Shown: in pieces, positions 9,695 to 19,284 of the stretch
How positions within the stretch are numbered: the first letter of the stretch is position 1
How the letters are laid out: each line of letters begins with the position of its first letter
Assembly: GCA_964291285.2 (NCBI GenBank)
Contig: OZ219788.1
Location: 704,001 to 768,000, forward strand
DNA length: 64,000 nt
Direction: 5' to 3'
From: Alphaproteobacteria bacterium
Lineage (GTDB): Bacteria > Pseudomonadota > Alphaproteobacteria > Bin95
The notes under the pieces: model-generated
Seen by the model: only the letters and a program-made list of their open reading frames with translations
Told to the model about the DNA's origin: nothing
The model's database searches: none
Position numbers and translations under genes: made by a program

Positions 9695-10878
9695 GGCAAG
9701 TCTCGACAGGCGAGGGCAGCTCCATTTAAGGCCGCCGCGATTCTCGCCCCGACGCGCTCTGCGGCGTCCTCGACCTCATGGTCGCCGACATGCGCGTATC
9801 GCAGTGTCATTGTCGGCTGCGCATGACCGAGCATCCGGGCGACGGTCGGCAGCGGCACGCCGCTGGCCACGGCCTGGCTCGCCACCGTATGGCGCAGGTC
9901 ATGCAGGCGCACATCCTCGATCCCCGCCTCCCGCCTTGCCAGGAGCCAGAGGCCGAGATTGCGGGACCGCGGCCTTTCCGGGTCTCCGGGCGAGGGAAAC
10001 ACGAAGGCGCTTCCGTTTCTCGGCTGGCGTGCGATGACGGCCTGCGCCGCCCCGCTCAGCCATACCGTGCGCGGCCCCGTCTTGGCCCCGGCCAGTCTAA
10101 GCACGTCTCCATCGACCTCCGACCATCCGAGCTTCAGGATTTCGCTTTTTCGGCAGCCGGTCAGCAGCAGCAGGCGGATGATGTCGGCCTGCGGGCGGCG
10201 CGAGGGCCGTTCCCGCACCAGCCGGTCCAGGGTACGGTGAAGCTGGGCGATCTCTTCTACGGACAGGAACCGGGTCATCTTCCGGCCCGGGTTCGGCCTG
10301 ACGCCGGCGGCAGGATCGGTGCCGACATGGCCGGCGGCCCTGGCGGCGGTCACGATCTGGCGCAGCACGGCGAGCGTCTTGTTGGCCGCGCCCGGCGTCT
10401 TGCGGCTCATGTTGTCGAACCAGCGCTCGACATGGGGCCTGGCGATGCAGTCGAGGCGAAGCGCCCCGAAGGCGGGCAGAAGCCGGCGCCGGACCACATG
10501 CTCCACGCGCTCGCCCCATTTAGGGCTGCAATGGCCCCGGCGCGCCGGCAGCCAGTCCTGCATGACGAAATCCCGGAAGAGGGGAACGGCAGTCCGGGAA
10601 GCCGGATCTGCGGCGCAGAGCGGATGCGAGCCGTCCAGCAGGGCCCGGCATGCGACCCGTGCTTCCTCCACCGTCATCAGCGCGGCCGCGCCGATGGTCG
10701 TCCGCACCATCCTGCCGTTCACGGTCCCGTGCCACACGAAACCGCGATGCCCGGAAGGCCGGACCCGCACGCCCAGACCGGCAACCCGAATGTCCCTGAC
10801 GATGTATTCGATGCTGCCGGGCCTCAATCTTGCGACGCCTGCATCCGTCAGGCGGACCTTCCTTGCCCTGCCCGTCAT
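9652..10878 (-). CDS. Tyrosine integrase (arm-binding, P4-like), copy B
   Basis: N-terminal arm domain (GLGVRVRPSG); catalytic TGCRKSE, AKTG, LHDLRH, LGH, TLRY. Confidence 0.92.
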   Translation of the reverse strand: MTGRARKVRLTDAGVARLRPGSIEYIVRDIRVAGLGVRVRPSGHRGFVWHGTVNGRMVRTTIGAAALMTVEEARVACRALLDGSHPLCAADPASRTAVPLFRDFVMQDWLPARRGHCSPKWGERVEHVVRRRLLPAFGALRLDCIARPHVERWFDNMSRKTPGAANKTLAVLRQIVTAARAAGHVGTDPAAGVRPNPGRKMTRFLSVEEIAQLHRTLDRLVRERPSRRPQADIIRLLLLTGCRKSEILKLGWSEVDGDVLRLAGAKTGPRTVWLSGAAQAVIARQPRNGSAFVFPSPGDPERPRSRNLGLWLLARREAGIEDVRLHDLRHTVASQAVASGVPLPTVARMLGHAQPTMTLRYAHVGDHEVEDAAERVGARIAAALNGAALACRDLPKTFIAGRVGHPVS

Positions 10879-12002
10879 GACCGCGCTCCCGAGAGCAGCG
10901 GCGCCAGCGCCTCGACCGTCTCCCTGACCGTCGCGTCGGAGAGATGCGCGTATTTCAGCGTGGTCGCCGCCTTCTCATGGCCCAGCAGCCGGCCCACCGT
11001 GCGGATCGTCTCGCCGCCCGACAGCGCCATGCTGGCGTAGCTGTGGCGCATGTCATGCAGGCGCATGTCCTCAAGGCCCGCCTCGGCGCGCAACTGCATC
11101 CAGAAGGCGTCAAGCCAGCTCCATGGCGTGCGCCGGCCTGCGATGGGGAACACGAAGCGCGACGAACGCGGCAGCCCGTCGAGGACCTCCCGCGCCGCCT
11201 TGCAAAGCCAGACCGTGCGGGGACCGGTTTTGGAATCAGCCAGGTAGAGCCTGCCATCGCGGTAGAAGCGCCATTCCAGGGTGACGATCTCCGACTTGCG
11301 GCAGCCGGTCAGCAGAAGCAGGCGGAGCGCCGCGACCCGGAAGGGCTGCCGGGCCTCATGGCGGTTCAGCGCCATGCCGAGGCGGCGGTATTCCTCGGGC
11401 GACAGGAAGCGCTCCGACCGCTTCTGCCGGTAGGGCCGGATGCCCTTGCAGGGATTGCCGCCATCGGTGCGGTATCCCCAGGCCTCGGCCTGCTGCATGA
11501 TGACGGACAGGATCGGCGCCGACCGGTTCGCCGCCGCCGGCACCGCATGGAGCGAGCGGAACCAGCGCTGCACCTCCTCGCGGTCGATGTCGGCGACAGG
11601 GCGGTCCGCGAAGAAGGGCAGGATCTGGTTGTGGAGATAGCAGCGGTTGACGGCGAGCGTGCGCGGCTTCCAGCGCCTGCCGTAGCGGGAGAAGACCTCT
11701 TCGGCGACGGTCTCGAACAGCGCGTCGCCGGACGCTTCGGCTTCGATGTCCCTGTCGTCGCGGAGAGCGGCGAGCATGGACCGGGCGCGGGCGCGCGCCT
11801 CGGCCTCGGTCATGACCGCCGCGTCGCCGACGATCTTCCAGACCCGGTGGCCGCGGTGCTGGCTGTGGATGAAATAGCGCTTCCTGCCCGAGGGCATGAC
11901 GCGCACGCCGTAGCCCTTCAGTCCGGCGTCCCGGACATTGCGGACGGACTTGCGGGGCCGGAGGGTATCGACCCGGCGCTGGGTGAGGCGGATGGCTGCC
12001 AC
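10875..12002 (-). CDS. Tyrosine integrase (arm-binding, P4-like), copy A
   Basis: GTG 12002 after GGGGAG; GYGVRVMPSG; TGCRKSE, SKTG, LHDMRH, LGH, TLKY; ATGA overlap with copy B. Confidence 0.92.
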   Translation of the reverse strand: MAAIRLTQRRVDTLRPRKSVRNVRDAGLKGYGVRVMPSGRKRYFIHSQHRGHRVWKIVGDAAVMTEAEARARARSMLAALRDDRDIEAEASGDALFETVAEEVFSRYGRRWKPRTLAVNRCYLHNQILPFFADRPVADIDREEVQRWFRSLHAVPAAANRSAPILSVIMQQAEAWGYRTDGGNPCKGIRPYRQKRSERFLSPEEYRRLGMALNRHEARQPFRVAALRLLLLTGCRKSEIVTLEWRFYRDGRLYLADSKTGPRTVWLCKAAREVLDGLPRSSRFVFPIAGRRTPWSWLDAFWMQLRAEAGLEDMRLHDMRHSYASMALSGGETIRTVGRLLGHEKAATTLKYAHLSDATVRETVEALAPLLSGARS

Positions 12003-12111
12003 GATTGCGGCTCCCCGATCTGTTGCACTCCCTTGCAGAACCGGGTTCGATGCCGCGCCCGGTTGCACCGAAAACGGGAAAAATCCACAATCATGTCAGA
12101 TGGTTAGCACC

Positions 12112-14001
12112 AAAGGTGCGGTCGCTTGTGTAGACTGATTTGAGCGCAACCGTGTTGTGCCTCTGGTTTTCACCGGGCGGGTGAAGGAATGGTGAGGGGT
12201 TATCGTTCTGCGGTGAGGGTTACAGTTGAGCGTGGCGGCGCGGCCTCGACGGCGCGTGGCGGTCTGGTTCTTGTGTTCGAATTGCTTGCGGCGAGACGGT
12301 TTCTTGCGGGTCTTCCGCGTCTGTCCGGGGGTCCGTCACAGGGCTGGAGCGACGGTCAGATGATCCTTGCGGTTCCGGTTCTGAACATGGCGGGGCTTGA
12401 TCGTGTGTCGGACATTGAGGTTCTGGAGGCGGACCGGGGGCTTTGCGCTCTGGTTCGCCGGTTCGAGCCGAAGCTGTTCGGGGTCTCTCGCGGCTCGCTC
12501 GCTCGTCGGTTCCGGGGCGGTCGCGAGCGTTGCTTTCCGTCGGCGCGCTCGATCCGTGACTGGCTGGACCGTTTCCACGTTGCGGGGGTTCATGACGCCG
12601 AGCGCAAGAAGGGGACGGCGTTGATCCCGGCGCCGGGCGAGAGGGACGGCCTGCTTCGCGAGGTGACCCGTCGCCTTGTTGCGGCAGGGGTGCGGGAGTC
12701 GGGCGCGGGCGCGGTGACGATCGACCTCGACGCGACAATCATCGCTTCGGGCAAGCGGGCCTGCCTGTCGACATACCGTGCGGCGTCGGGTTCGGTTCCG
12801 GGGGAGCGGGGCTACCAGCCGCTGATCGCGTTCTGCCCGGAGCCCGGCATGGTCCCGTGGCTTGAGATGCGCGATGGCAATGTGCCGGCGAGGCTCGACA
12901 ACCGGCGCGGGCTTGAAGAGGCGCTGTTGCAGCTTCCCGACGACATAGGTCGTGTAGTGCTGCGCAGCGACGCGGCCGCTTGTCAGGAGGAGGTGGTCCG
13001 CGCCTGCAACGACCCGGCGTTCCGCAGGGAGGAGACGCGTCGGTTCGGCACGGTGGGGTTGGTCTGCGGCGCGGTGCGCCCGGAGCCGCTGATGGCGGAG
13101 GTGGCGCGTCTCGGGGAAGACGCCTGGCGCCCGGTGCCGGTGAGCGGACGCAACAGGCGCGCGGCGCCGGACAGGGCGCCGCTGGAATGCGCCGAACTGC
13201 CTTATGTCCCGGCAAGCACCCTGGCGATGAAGCCGCATCACGTGGTCCGCCATGTCGTGACCCGGCGCGCCCTTCCGGGCGAGCTGGGCCTGGACGAAGG
13301 AGACCTGCCGGCGGCCCGGGGCAGGCCCGCCTACAGGATCGGGGCCTATGTCACCAACTTCCCCGCCCCCGACGCCATCCGGGCGGAGAAGGCGAACGGG
13401 CTGGAGACCATGGACAGCTTCGAGGTGGTCGCGGCGGCCCATGCCCGCTGCGGTCACGGCGAGGAGGTGCATGCGGTGCTCAAGTCCGACCTCGCAGCCG
13501 GGATGATGCCGTCGGGGCGGTTCGGCGCGAATGCCGCCTGGCTGTGGCTCGCGGGCCTGGCGATGAACGTGCTGGCGCTGCTGCGCCGCACCGCCTGCGG
13601 GCAGGAATGGCAATGGACGCGGATGAAGCGTCTGCGCGCCATGTGGATCCACCTCGTCGCCCGGGTCGTCCACCATGGCCGCCGGATCACCCTCGTGTTC
13701 GGCAACCCCGGTCCCCATCTGATGGCAGCGTGCCGGAGGATGAACCTCGCCATGCCGCCGCCCGCGCCCGGCTGATCCCCGCGCCCAGGAGCCCCACCGA
13801 AAAACCCGACCGGCACCCCACCGGAGGAAAACGCGCGCCCGGGCAGTCCCGATCAAGACCGGATCGGCGCAAAAACTGCGGCCAGACCGCCCCCAATCCA
13901 TACCAAACCCGACGACCCCCGCCTGAACAACGCCGCAACACTCAACAACGGTTCCAGGAAAGCCAAAACCCAGCCGCAAAAAATCAGCTCGCCGATCAGG
14001 G
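12112..14001 (+). mobile_element. IS1380-family element 1 (left TIR missing; left border approximate)
   Basis: Right end CAGCTCGCCGATCAGGG at 13985-14001; the matching left-type end occurs only at 17261-17277. Confidence 0.7.
12189..13775 (+). CDS. IS1380 transposase
   Basis: TIDLDAT, GYQPL, RDGN, LRSDAA, EEVHAVLK, PSGRFGANAAW. Confidence 0.9.
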   Translation: MVRGYRSAVRVTVERGGAASTARGGLVLVFELLAARRFLAGLPRLSGGPSQGWSDGQMILAVPVLNMAGLDRVSDIEVLEADRGLCALVRRFEPKLFGVSRGSLARRFRGGRERCFPSARSIRDWLDRFHVAGVHDAERKKGTALIPAPGERDGLLREVTRRLVAAGVRESGAGAVTIDLDATIIASGKRACLSTYRAASGSVPGERGYQPLIAFCPEPGMVPWLEMRDGNVPARLDNRRGLEEALLQLPDDIGRVVLRSDAAACQEEVVRACNDPAFRREETRRFGTVGLVCGAVRPEPLMAEVARLGEDAWRPVPVSGRNRRAAPDRAPLECAELPYVPASTLAMKPHHVVRHVVTRRALPGELGLDEGDLPAARGRPAYRIGAYVTNFPAPDAIRAEKANGLETMDSFEVVAAAHARCGHGEEVHAVLKSDLAAGMMPSGRFGANAAWLWLAGLAMNVLALLRRTACGQEWQWTRMKRLRAMWIHLVARVVHHGRRITLVFGNPGPHLMAACRRMNLAMPPPAPG

Positions 14002-14054
14002 CAACTGGCAAACTGAAAAGCGATTCCCCTGGAGCGCAAGCTTCTCGGACTTGC

Positions 14055-14081
14055 TTGACGGTGGGGGGGGGGGGGTAGACT
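14055..14081 (+). promoter_or_regulatory. Sigma70-type promoter with G13 tract in the spacer
   Basis: TTGACG (14055-60), GT+G13, TAGACT (14076-81); RBS GGGAGGA and ATG 14115 follow. Confidence 0.7.
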
Positions 14082-14114
14082 TTGCGTCCGTAACAGGATC
14101 GGGAGGATTTTATC

Positions 14115-16418
14115 ATGGCTATCGAGCGGACCGGCGGCGCTGGCGACGACACCCTGACGGGGGGCGTCGGCAATGACATCCTGAAGGGCGGCCTCGGCGA
14201 CGACATCCTGACGGGCGGCGACGGCGACGACACGCTGACCGGCGGAACCGCAAGCGCGGGAGCCGACGCGGACTTTCTCCTCATGAACCCCGGCAGCTCG
14301 GACGATGACACGCTGGACGGCGGCGCGGGGAACGATGTGCTGGACGGCGGCGCGGGCGATGACACGCTGGACGGCGGCACGGGCAACGACACGCTGTATG
14401 GCGGCGACGGGGACGACACGGTGGATGGCGGTGCGGGCAACGACCGTCTGGAAGGCGGCCGGGGCGCTGACAGGCTGACCGGCGGCCGGGGCGCTGACTC
14501 GCTCTATGGCGGCAGTGGCCATGACGTCTTTGCGTTCGCGGTCGGCGACGGGGCCGATTACATCGGCGATTTCGAGGCTGGCGACATCATCGAGATTGCC
14601 GGGGTGCCGGGCGGTTTCGGGGATCTTGTGATCGAGCAGAAGGGCTTCAATACCGTCATCAGCTACGGCGACGGCGACACGATCAAGCTGGAGGGCGTGA
14701 CGGCGGCCTCCCTTGGCGCGGACGACTTCCGGTTCCTTCCCGTCGAGGCAGCCCCGCCGGAGGGCGGCGGCGAGGACGCTCCTGCACAGGGTGCGCCGCC
14801 GGACGGCAACGATGACGGCGACAGCGACGATGATGACTTGAGCGGCGGGTCCGCCGGCGGGACGGTGCTCACGGGCGGCAATCGCGCGAACACGCTGACC
14901 GGAGGCGAAGGCGACGATCTCCTGAGGGGCCGCAAGGGCGACGACACGCTGGACGGCGGCGCGGGCGACGACAGGCTGGGGGGCGGGCGCGGCGCCGACA
15001 CGCTGACGGGCGGGGCTGGCGCCGACACGCTGACCGGCGGCCGCGGCGCCGATACCTTCGTGTTCGAGGCGGGAGACGGCGCCGACATCATTACCGACTT
15101 CGGGGCCGGCGACAGGATTCGCCTCGACGGCATATCCGGCGGGTTCACGGCGCTGGTCATCGAGCAGGACGGCGCCGATACCGTCATTCGCTACGGCGGC
15201 GGCGGCGACACGATCAGGCTATCGGGCGTGTCGGCAGACAGCCTGGATGCGAACGACTTCATCCTGCCTGCTGGCGGTGGCGGCGACGAAAAGGCCGCTT
15301 ACGGCGCCAGTACGAGCGACGACGACAACGACGGTGGCGACCCCCTTGACGACGACAACGACGGCGGCGAGGACACGATCCCGGGCAACTCGGGCGATGG
15401 GACGCTCGATGTCGAGAACACTGGGGACGGCGGCGGCGACTCGGACGCCGGGGGAGACGACGACGACGACAGCTGCAATGACCAGGGCGAGCTTCCTCGC
15501 ATCGTCGGTCAGGGCCAGACCGGATACGGCATACTCCACGGCACCGAGGACTCGGAGTTCATCTACGGCGGTGCCGGATGGACTTGGGACACGCTCTACG
15601 GCCACGGCGGCCATGACACGATGGCAGGCGGCTACGGCCGCGACGTGCTGGTCGGCGGCAAGGGCAACGACTGGCTTCGCGGCGACTGGGGGGGATGGGT
15701 CTACGGCGACACCTACATTTTCAATCCGGGCGACGGCTTCGACTACCTGTACGAGCTGAGAAAGGAGGACACGATCGAGTTTCACTTCGGCGATCAAGAC
15801 ATGGGTCCCTTCCGGTTCGCCGATCACCAGGCGCTCTACTCCATGGACGCGGTCATCGTCTACGGCGATGGTGGCACGTCGGACGGCACCATCCTCTCGC
15901 ACACCGGCTGGGCCTGCCAGCTGCAGGTGAACGGCGGCGCGGGCGGCGGAACCGTCCGGATTGGCGACATGTCGCTGGCCGAGTTCAAGGCCTCCGGGAT
16001 CGGCTTCACCGTCCGGGGCGGTAACGGCGACAATACGCTCCACGGCGCCTTCGGCCGGGACATCCTCCAGGGCCTCGGGGGCGACGACACGCTCCACGGC
16101 CACGATCGGGACGACCGGCTTTCGGGGGGGACGGGCGACGACACGTTGATCGGGGGCAAGGGTAACGACCTGCTACACGGCGGCGCCGGCGCCGATCGAT
16201 TCGTCTTCGACAGCGAGTCCGAGACCGACCGCATCCTGGACTTCGAGGACGGCACCGACATCCTGGTTATCCGTGGGAAGCTCCAATTCTCCGATCTGGA
16301 CATCAAGCAGAGCGGACACAACGCCGTGATCGGCGATCCCGACAACACATTCTCGATCGTGGTCGAGAACATTCAGGCGTCGCAGCTGACCGAGGCCGAT
16401 TTCGACTTCGTCGGCTGA
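14115..16418 (+). CDS. RTX / hemolysin-type Ca-binding repeat protein 1 (probable T1SS substrate)
   Basis: Many GGxGxDxL nonapeptides, duplicated 'D.I.DF..GD.I' modules, Asp-rich linkers, C-terminal ADFDF. Confidence 0.92.
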   Translation: MAIERTGGAGDDTLTGGVGNDILKGGLGDDILTGGDGDDTLTGGTASAGADADFLLMNPGSSDDDTLDGGAGNDVLDGGAGDDTLDGGTGNDTLYGGDGDDTVDGGAGNDRLEGGRGADRLTGGRGADSLYGGSGHDVFAFAVGDGADYIGDFEAGDIIEIAGVPGGFGDLVIEQKGFNTVISYGDGDTIKLEGVTAASLGADDFRFLPVEAAPPEGGGEDAPAQGAPPDGNDDGDSDDDDLSGGSAGGTVLTGGNRANTLTGGEGDDLLRGRKGDDTLDGGAGDDRLGGGRGADTLTGGAGADTLTGGRGADTFVFEAGDGADIITDFGAGDRIRLDGISGGFTALVIEQDGADTVIRYGGGGDTIRLSGVSADSLDANDFILPAGGGGDEKAAYGASTSDDDNDGGDPLDDDNDGGEDTIPGNSGDGTLDVENTGDGGGDSDAGGDDDDDSCNDQGELPRIVGQGQTGYGILHGTEDSEFIYGGAGWTWDTLYGHGGHDTMAGGYGRDVLVGGKGNDWLRGDWGGWVYGDTYIFNPGDGFDYLYELRKEDTIEFHFGDQDMGPFRFADHQALYSMDAVIVYGDGGTSDGTILSHTGWACQLQVNGGAGGGTVRIGDMSLAEFKASGIGFTVRGGNGDNTLHGAFGRDILQGLGGDDTLHGHDRDDRLSGGTGDDTLIGGKGNDLLHGGAGADRFVFDSESETDRILDFEDGTDILVIRGKLQFSDLDIKQSGHNAVIGDPDNTFSIVVENIQASQLTEADFDFVG

Positions 16419-16851
16419 CGCACCTGACGCGCGCCGCCAGGGCCATGCGAGAAGCGCCGCGCCGAATGCTGGCCAGAGGGGCAGGAGCGTCGCGGCCCCG
16501 ATGCGCGGGCGCCCGGCGGCAGTTGACTGTGGCATGGATGCAACAGGTCCGGGCAATCGGCGTTCGGGCGCCCTGTCCGTTCCCTCCCGGCACATGCGGC
16601 CCGGGCGCGCCGTCTCGCCTACGGCCTCATGCGCTTTCCCCGGCCCGTTTTCCGCCGCCGCGCCCGTTCGACAAGGCCTGTCCAACCCCGCCCGGCGGAC
16701 CGGTTCAACGGGCCCCACAATATCCCCGCCGAGGCAAGGGGGACCTGATACCACCGGTCGTTGATTGGAACCGATAGCAGAGCCTCCCTCCGTAGCCTGC
16801 CCCCTGAGCCGAGGCCTCGTACTGCAAGAGGTAATCTCCGCCGAGAGAGGC

Positions 16852-17193
16852 TTATCGGGTCTTATCTGTGGCCGCTGGCGTGGGCAGACGCCCAAGGATG
16901 CGGTTGATCTTGGCGTCGATCTTGGCATCAAGGCTGTCGATCTTGGTGTTGACCTTGGCATCAAGGCTGTCGATCTTTGCGTCGAACTTGGCATCGAGAA
17001 GGTTGATCCTTTCGTCCAGGTGATCGAGCTTGGCGTCAACCCTTGCAAAGGCGGCCTTGAATGCCTTTCGGTCATTGTTGACGGAACCCGCCCACATGCC
17101 CCCGCTGAACAGGATAACCATCAGCGTCAGGGCAGCAGCCCCGACCCGCAGGGGGTCCGCCAATATCCACTCAAACACCGTCTCAAACACCAT
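16852..17193 (-). CDS. Small membrane-anchored coiled-coil protein with 11-aa repeats
   Basis: ATG 17193 after GAAGGAAGGGG; TM helix then LDAKFDAKIDS/LDAKVNTKIDS/LDAKIDAKINR (33-bp DNA period). Confidence 0.7.
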   Translation of the reverse strand: MVFETVFEWILADPLRVGAAALTLMVILFSGGMWAGSVNNDRKAFKAAFARVDAKLDHLDERINLLDAKFDAKIDSLDAKVNTKIDSLDAKIDAKINRILGRLPTPAATDKTR

Positions 17194-17260
17194 CGTTCCC
17201 CTTCCTTCTCGCGCTAATTCTATCCCCGCCGCACCTGCCTGATCAAGCCGCGGCGGTAAC

Positions 17261-17324
17261 CCCTGATCGGCGAGCTGCGGCAGTGGTGGCATCTTGTCCG
17301 ATGCCTTTCCTACAATGATTTGAG
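17261..17324 (+). mobile_element. Orphan left end of an IS1380 related to element 1
   Basis: CCCTGATCGGCGAGCTG is the exact reverse complement of 13985-14001; downstream TGATTTGAGC also occurs at about 12136. Confidence 0.65.
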
Positions 17325-17582
17325 CCTAAATCCGGCATTTGACGGGCTTGATCGCTGTCTCGGGGTAGTGTGAACGGTCGGATTTGAGCGTGGATTTCAA
17401 CCTGTCGGCGCGGCCCTGGGTGGCGGTAGCCAGGGTTGACGCCCCGGTTGGCGGCCATGGAGGTATTTCCTGAGCGCCTCGGCGAGGATGCAGCGCCAGC
17501 GATCCCCGGCGCTCAACTGCTCCGCAGTTTGCGTCAGCGACCGGAAGAAGCCGGCGATCCGGCGCAGCGCCGCCATCACCGT
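17325..17582 (-). mobile_element. Inverted 3' fragment of IS1380 element 2
   Basis: Reverse complement matches about 19028-19284, including the TIR and MAALRRIAGFFRSLTQTAEQ. Confidence 0.88.
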
Positions 17583-17588
17583 TGTTAT

Positions 17589-19284
17589 CCTAAATCCGGC
17601 AGTTGAGGATGGCTTGGCCTTGCCGAATCCCTTGTAGTCTGCGGGTATGAGCGGCTTTTCAGGGGCCGAAGAGGCTCACCCTTTGGGTGATTATCCTGGC
17701 GCTGTGCGGGATGTCGCCCGAGCGTCGGTGAAGGTGGACACCTTCGGCGGCGCGGTTCATGTGGAATGGGACCCTGATGCGGCGGTGACGCCGCTGGGGC
17801 ATCTGGCGTTTTTCTCGGAATACCTGAAGGTAAGCGGTCGCTTTGACGCTTTGGTTGCGGACTGCCCGCTGCACTACACGAGCCCGAACGCGCCGTCGAA
17901 GCGGGATGTCCTGGGGACGGTTCTTCTGTCGGTTCTGGCGGGGCAGTCTCGCTATGCGCACATCACGTCGCTGCGCGGCGACGGGGTGAACCCTGCGCTG
18001 CTGGGTATGGACAAGGTTGCGAGCGAGGATTCGGTGCGGCGCGGTCTGGAGCGGATCGGTGCGGATGTCGGCACATCGTGGCTTCAGGGCCATCTGGACG
18101 AGGTGGTCCGTCCGCTGCTGAGGGAGCCGTGGGTTCTGGACTGCGACACGACGATCAAGGCGCTTTACGGTCGTCAGGAGGGGGCGGTTGTGAGCTACAA
18201 CCCGAAGAAGCCGGGCCGCCCCTCGCATGCCTGCCATGCGTTCCTGATGGCGGGCACGCGGCTTGTTCTGGATGTCGAGGTGGCGCCGGGCAACCATCAC
18301 CATTCGAGGCGCGCGGCGCCGTCCTTGTGGGCGTTGCTCGACCGTCTCGGTCGGGATCGCTGGCCGCGTCTGGTGCGGGGCGATAAGGACTGGGGCAGCG
18401 AGGCCAACATGGCGTCGTGCGAGGCTGCGGGTCTGGACTATTTGTTCAAGCTGCGCCTGACGAAGGGGGCGCGCCGGCTTGCCGAGCGGCTGATGGTGCG
18501 GGACGGCTGGGAGGATGCAGGCCAGGGCTGGTCGGGGATCGGGGCCGATCTGCGTCTGCAGGGCTGGAGCCGGACGCGCCGGGTTGTGGTGCTGCGTCGG
18601 CGGCTTCCTGCGACGCTGGCGCTGACGCGTGGCGACAAGGCCCAGGGCGAGCTGTTCTGGACCGAGGCGCAGCCCGGCACCGGGGTGTGGGAGTTCGCGG
18701 TGCTGGCGACCTCGCTGGACCTGGAGATACGCTCGCTGGCCCAGCTCTACCGCGACCGGGCGGACGCGGAGAACGGCTTCGACGAGTTGAAGAACCAGTG
18801 GGGTTGGGGCGGCTTCACCACGCGCGACCTGACGCGCTGCCGGCACATGGCCCGGCTGATCGCGCTCATCTACAACTGGTGGAGCCTGTTCGTGCGCCTC
18901 GCCGACCCCGACCATCACCGCGAGGCGATCACCAGCCGGCCGCTGCTCCTGCACGGGGTTGCCCGCCAGACCCACCACGCCGGCCAGACCCGGCTGACGG
19001 TGACCTCCCATCACGGGCGTCGCAAGACGGTGATGGCGGCGCTGCGCCGGATCGCCGGCTTCTTCCGGTCGCTGACGCAAACTGCGGAGCAGTTGAGCGC
19101 CGGGGATCGCTGGCGCCGCATCCTCGCCGAGGCGCTCAGGAAATACCTCCATGGCCGCGAACCGGGGCGTCAACCCTGGCTGCCGCCACCCAGGGCCGCG
19201 ACCACGTGCTGAAATCCACGCCCAAATCCGACCGTTCACACTACCCCGAGACAGCGATCAAGCTCGTCAACTGCCGGATTTAGG
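17589..19284 (+). mobile_element. IS1380-family element 2
   Basis: 18-bp perfect TIR CCTAAATCCGGCAGTTGA; no clear TSD. Confidence 0.9.
17647..19212 (+). CDS. IS1380 transposase
   Basis: VLDCDTT, VRGDKDWG, YRDRADAENGFDELKNQWGWGGF. Confidence 0.92.
   Translation: MSGFSGAEEAHPLGDYPGAVRDVARASVKVDTFGGAVHVEWDPDAAVTPLGHLAFFSEYLKVSGRFDALVADCPLHYTSPNAPSKRDVLGTVLLSVLAGQSRYAHITSLRGDGVNPALLGMDKVASEDSVRRGLERIGADVGTSWLQGHLDEVVRPLLREPWVLDCDTTIKALYGRQEGAVVSYNPKKPGRPSHACHAFLMAGTRLVLDVEVAPGNHHHSRRAAPSLWALLDRLGRDRWPRLVRGDKDWGSEANMASCEAAGLDYLFKLRLTKGARRLAERLMVRDGWEDAGQGWSGIGADLRLQGWSRTRRVVVLRRRLPATLALTRGDKAQGELFWTEAQPGTGVWEFAVLATSLDLEIRSLAQLYRDRADAENGFDELKNQWGWGGFTTRDLTRCRHMARLIALIYNWWSLFVRLADPDHHREAITSRPLLLHGVARQTHHAGQTRLTVTSHHGRRKTVMAALRRIAGFFRSLTQTAEQLSAGDRWRRILAEALRKYLHGREPGRQPWLPPPRAATTC

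Noticed and set aside
16780-16852. GC-rich stem AGCCTC...GAGGCT as a ribozyme
   Set aside because: No hammerhead or HDV core could be assigned; more simply a hairpin at the 3' end of the small gene
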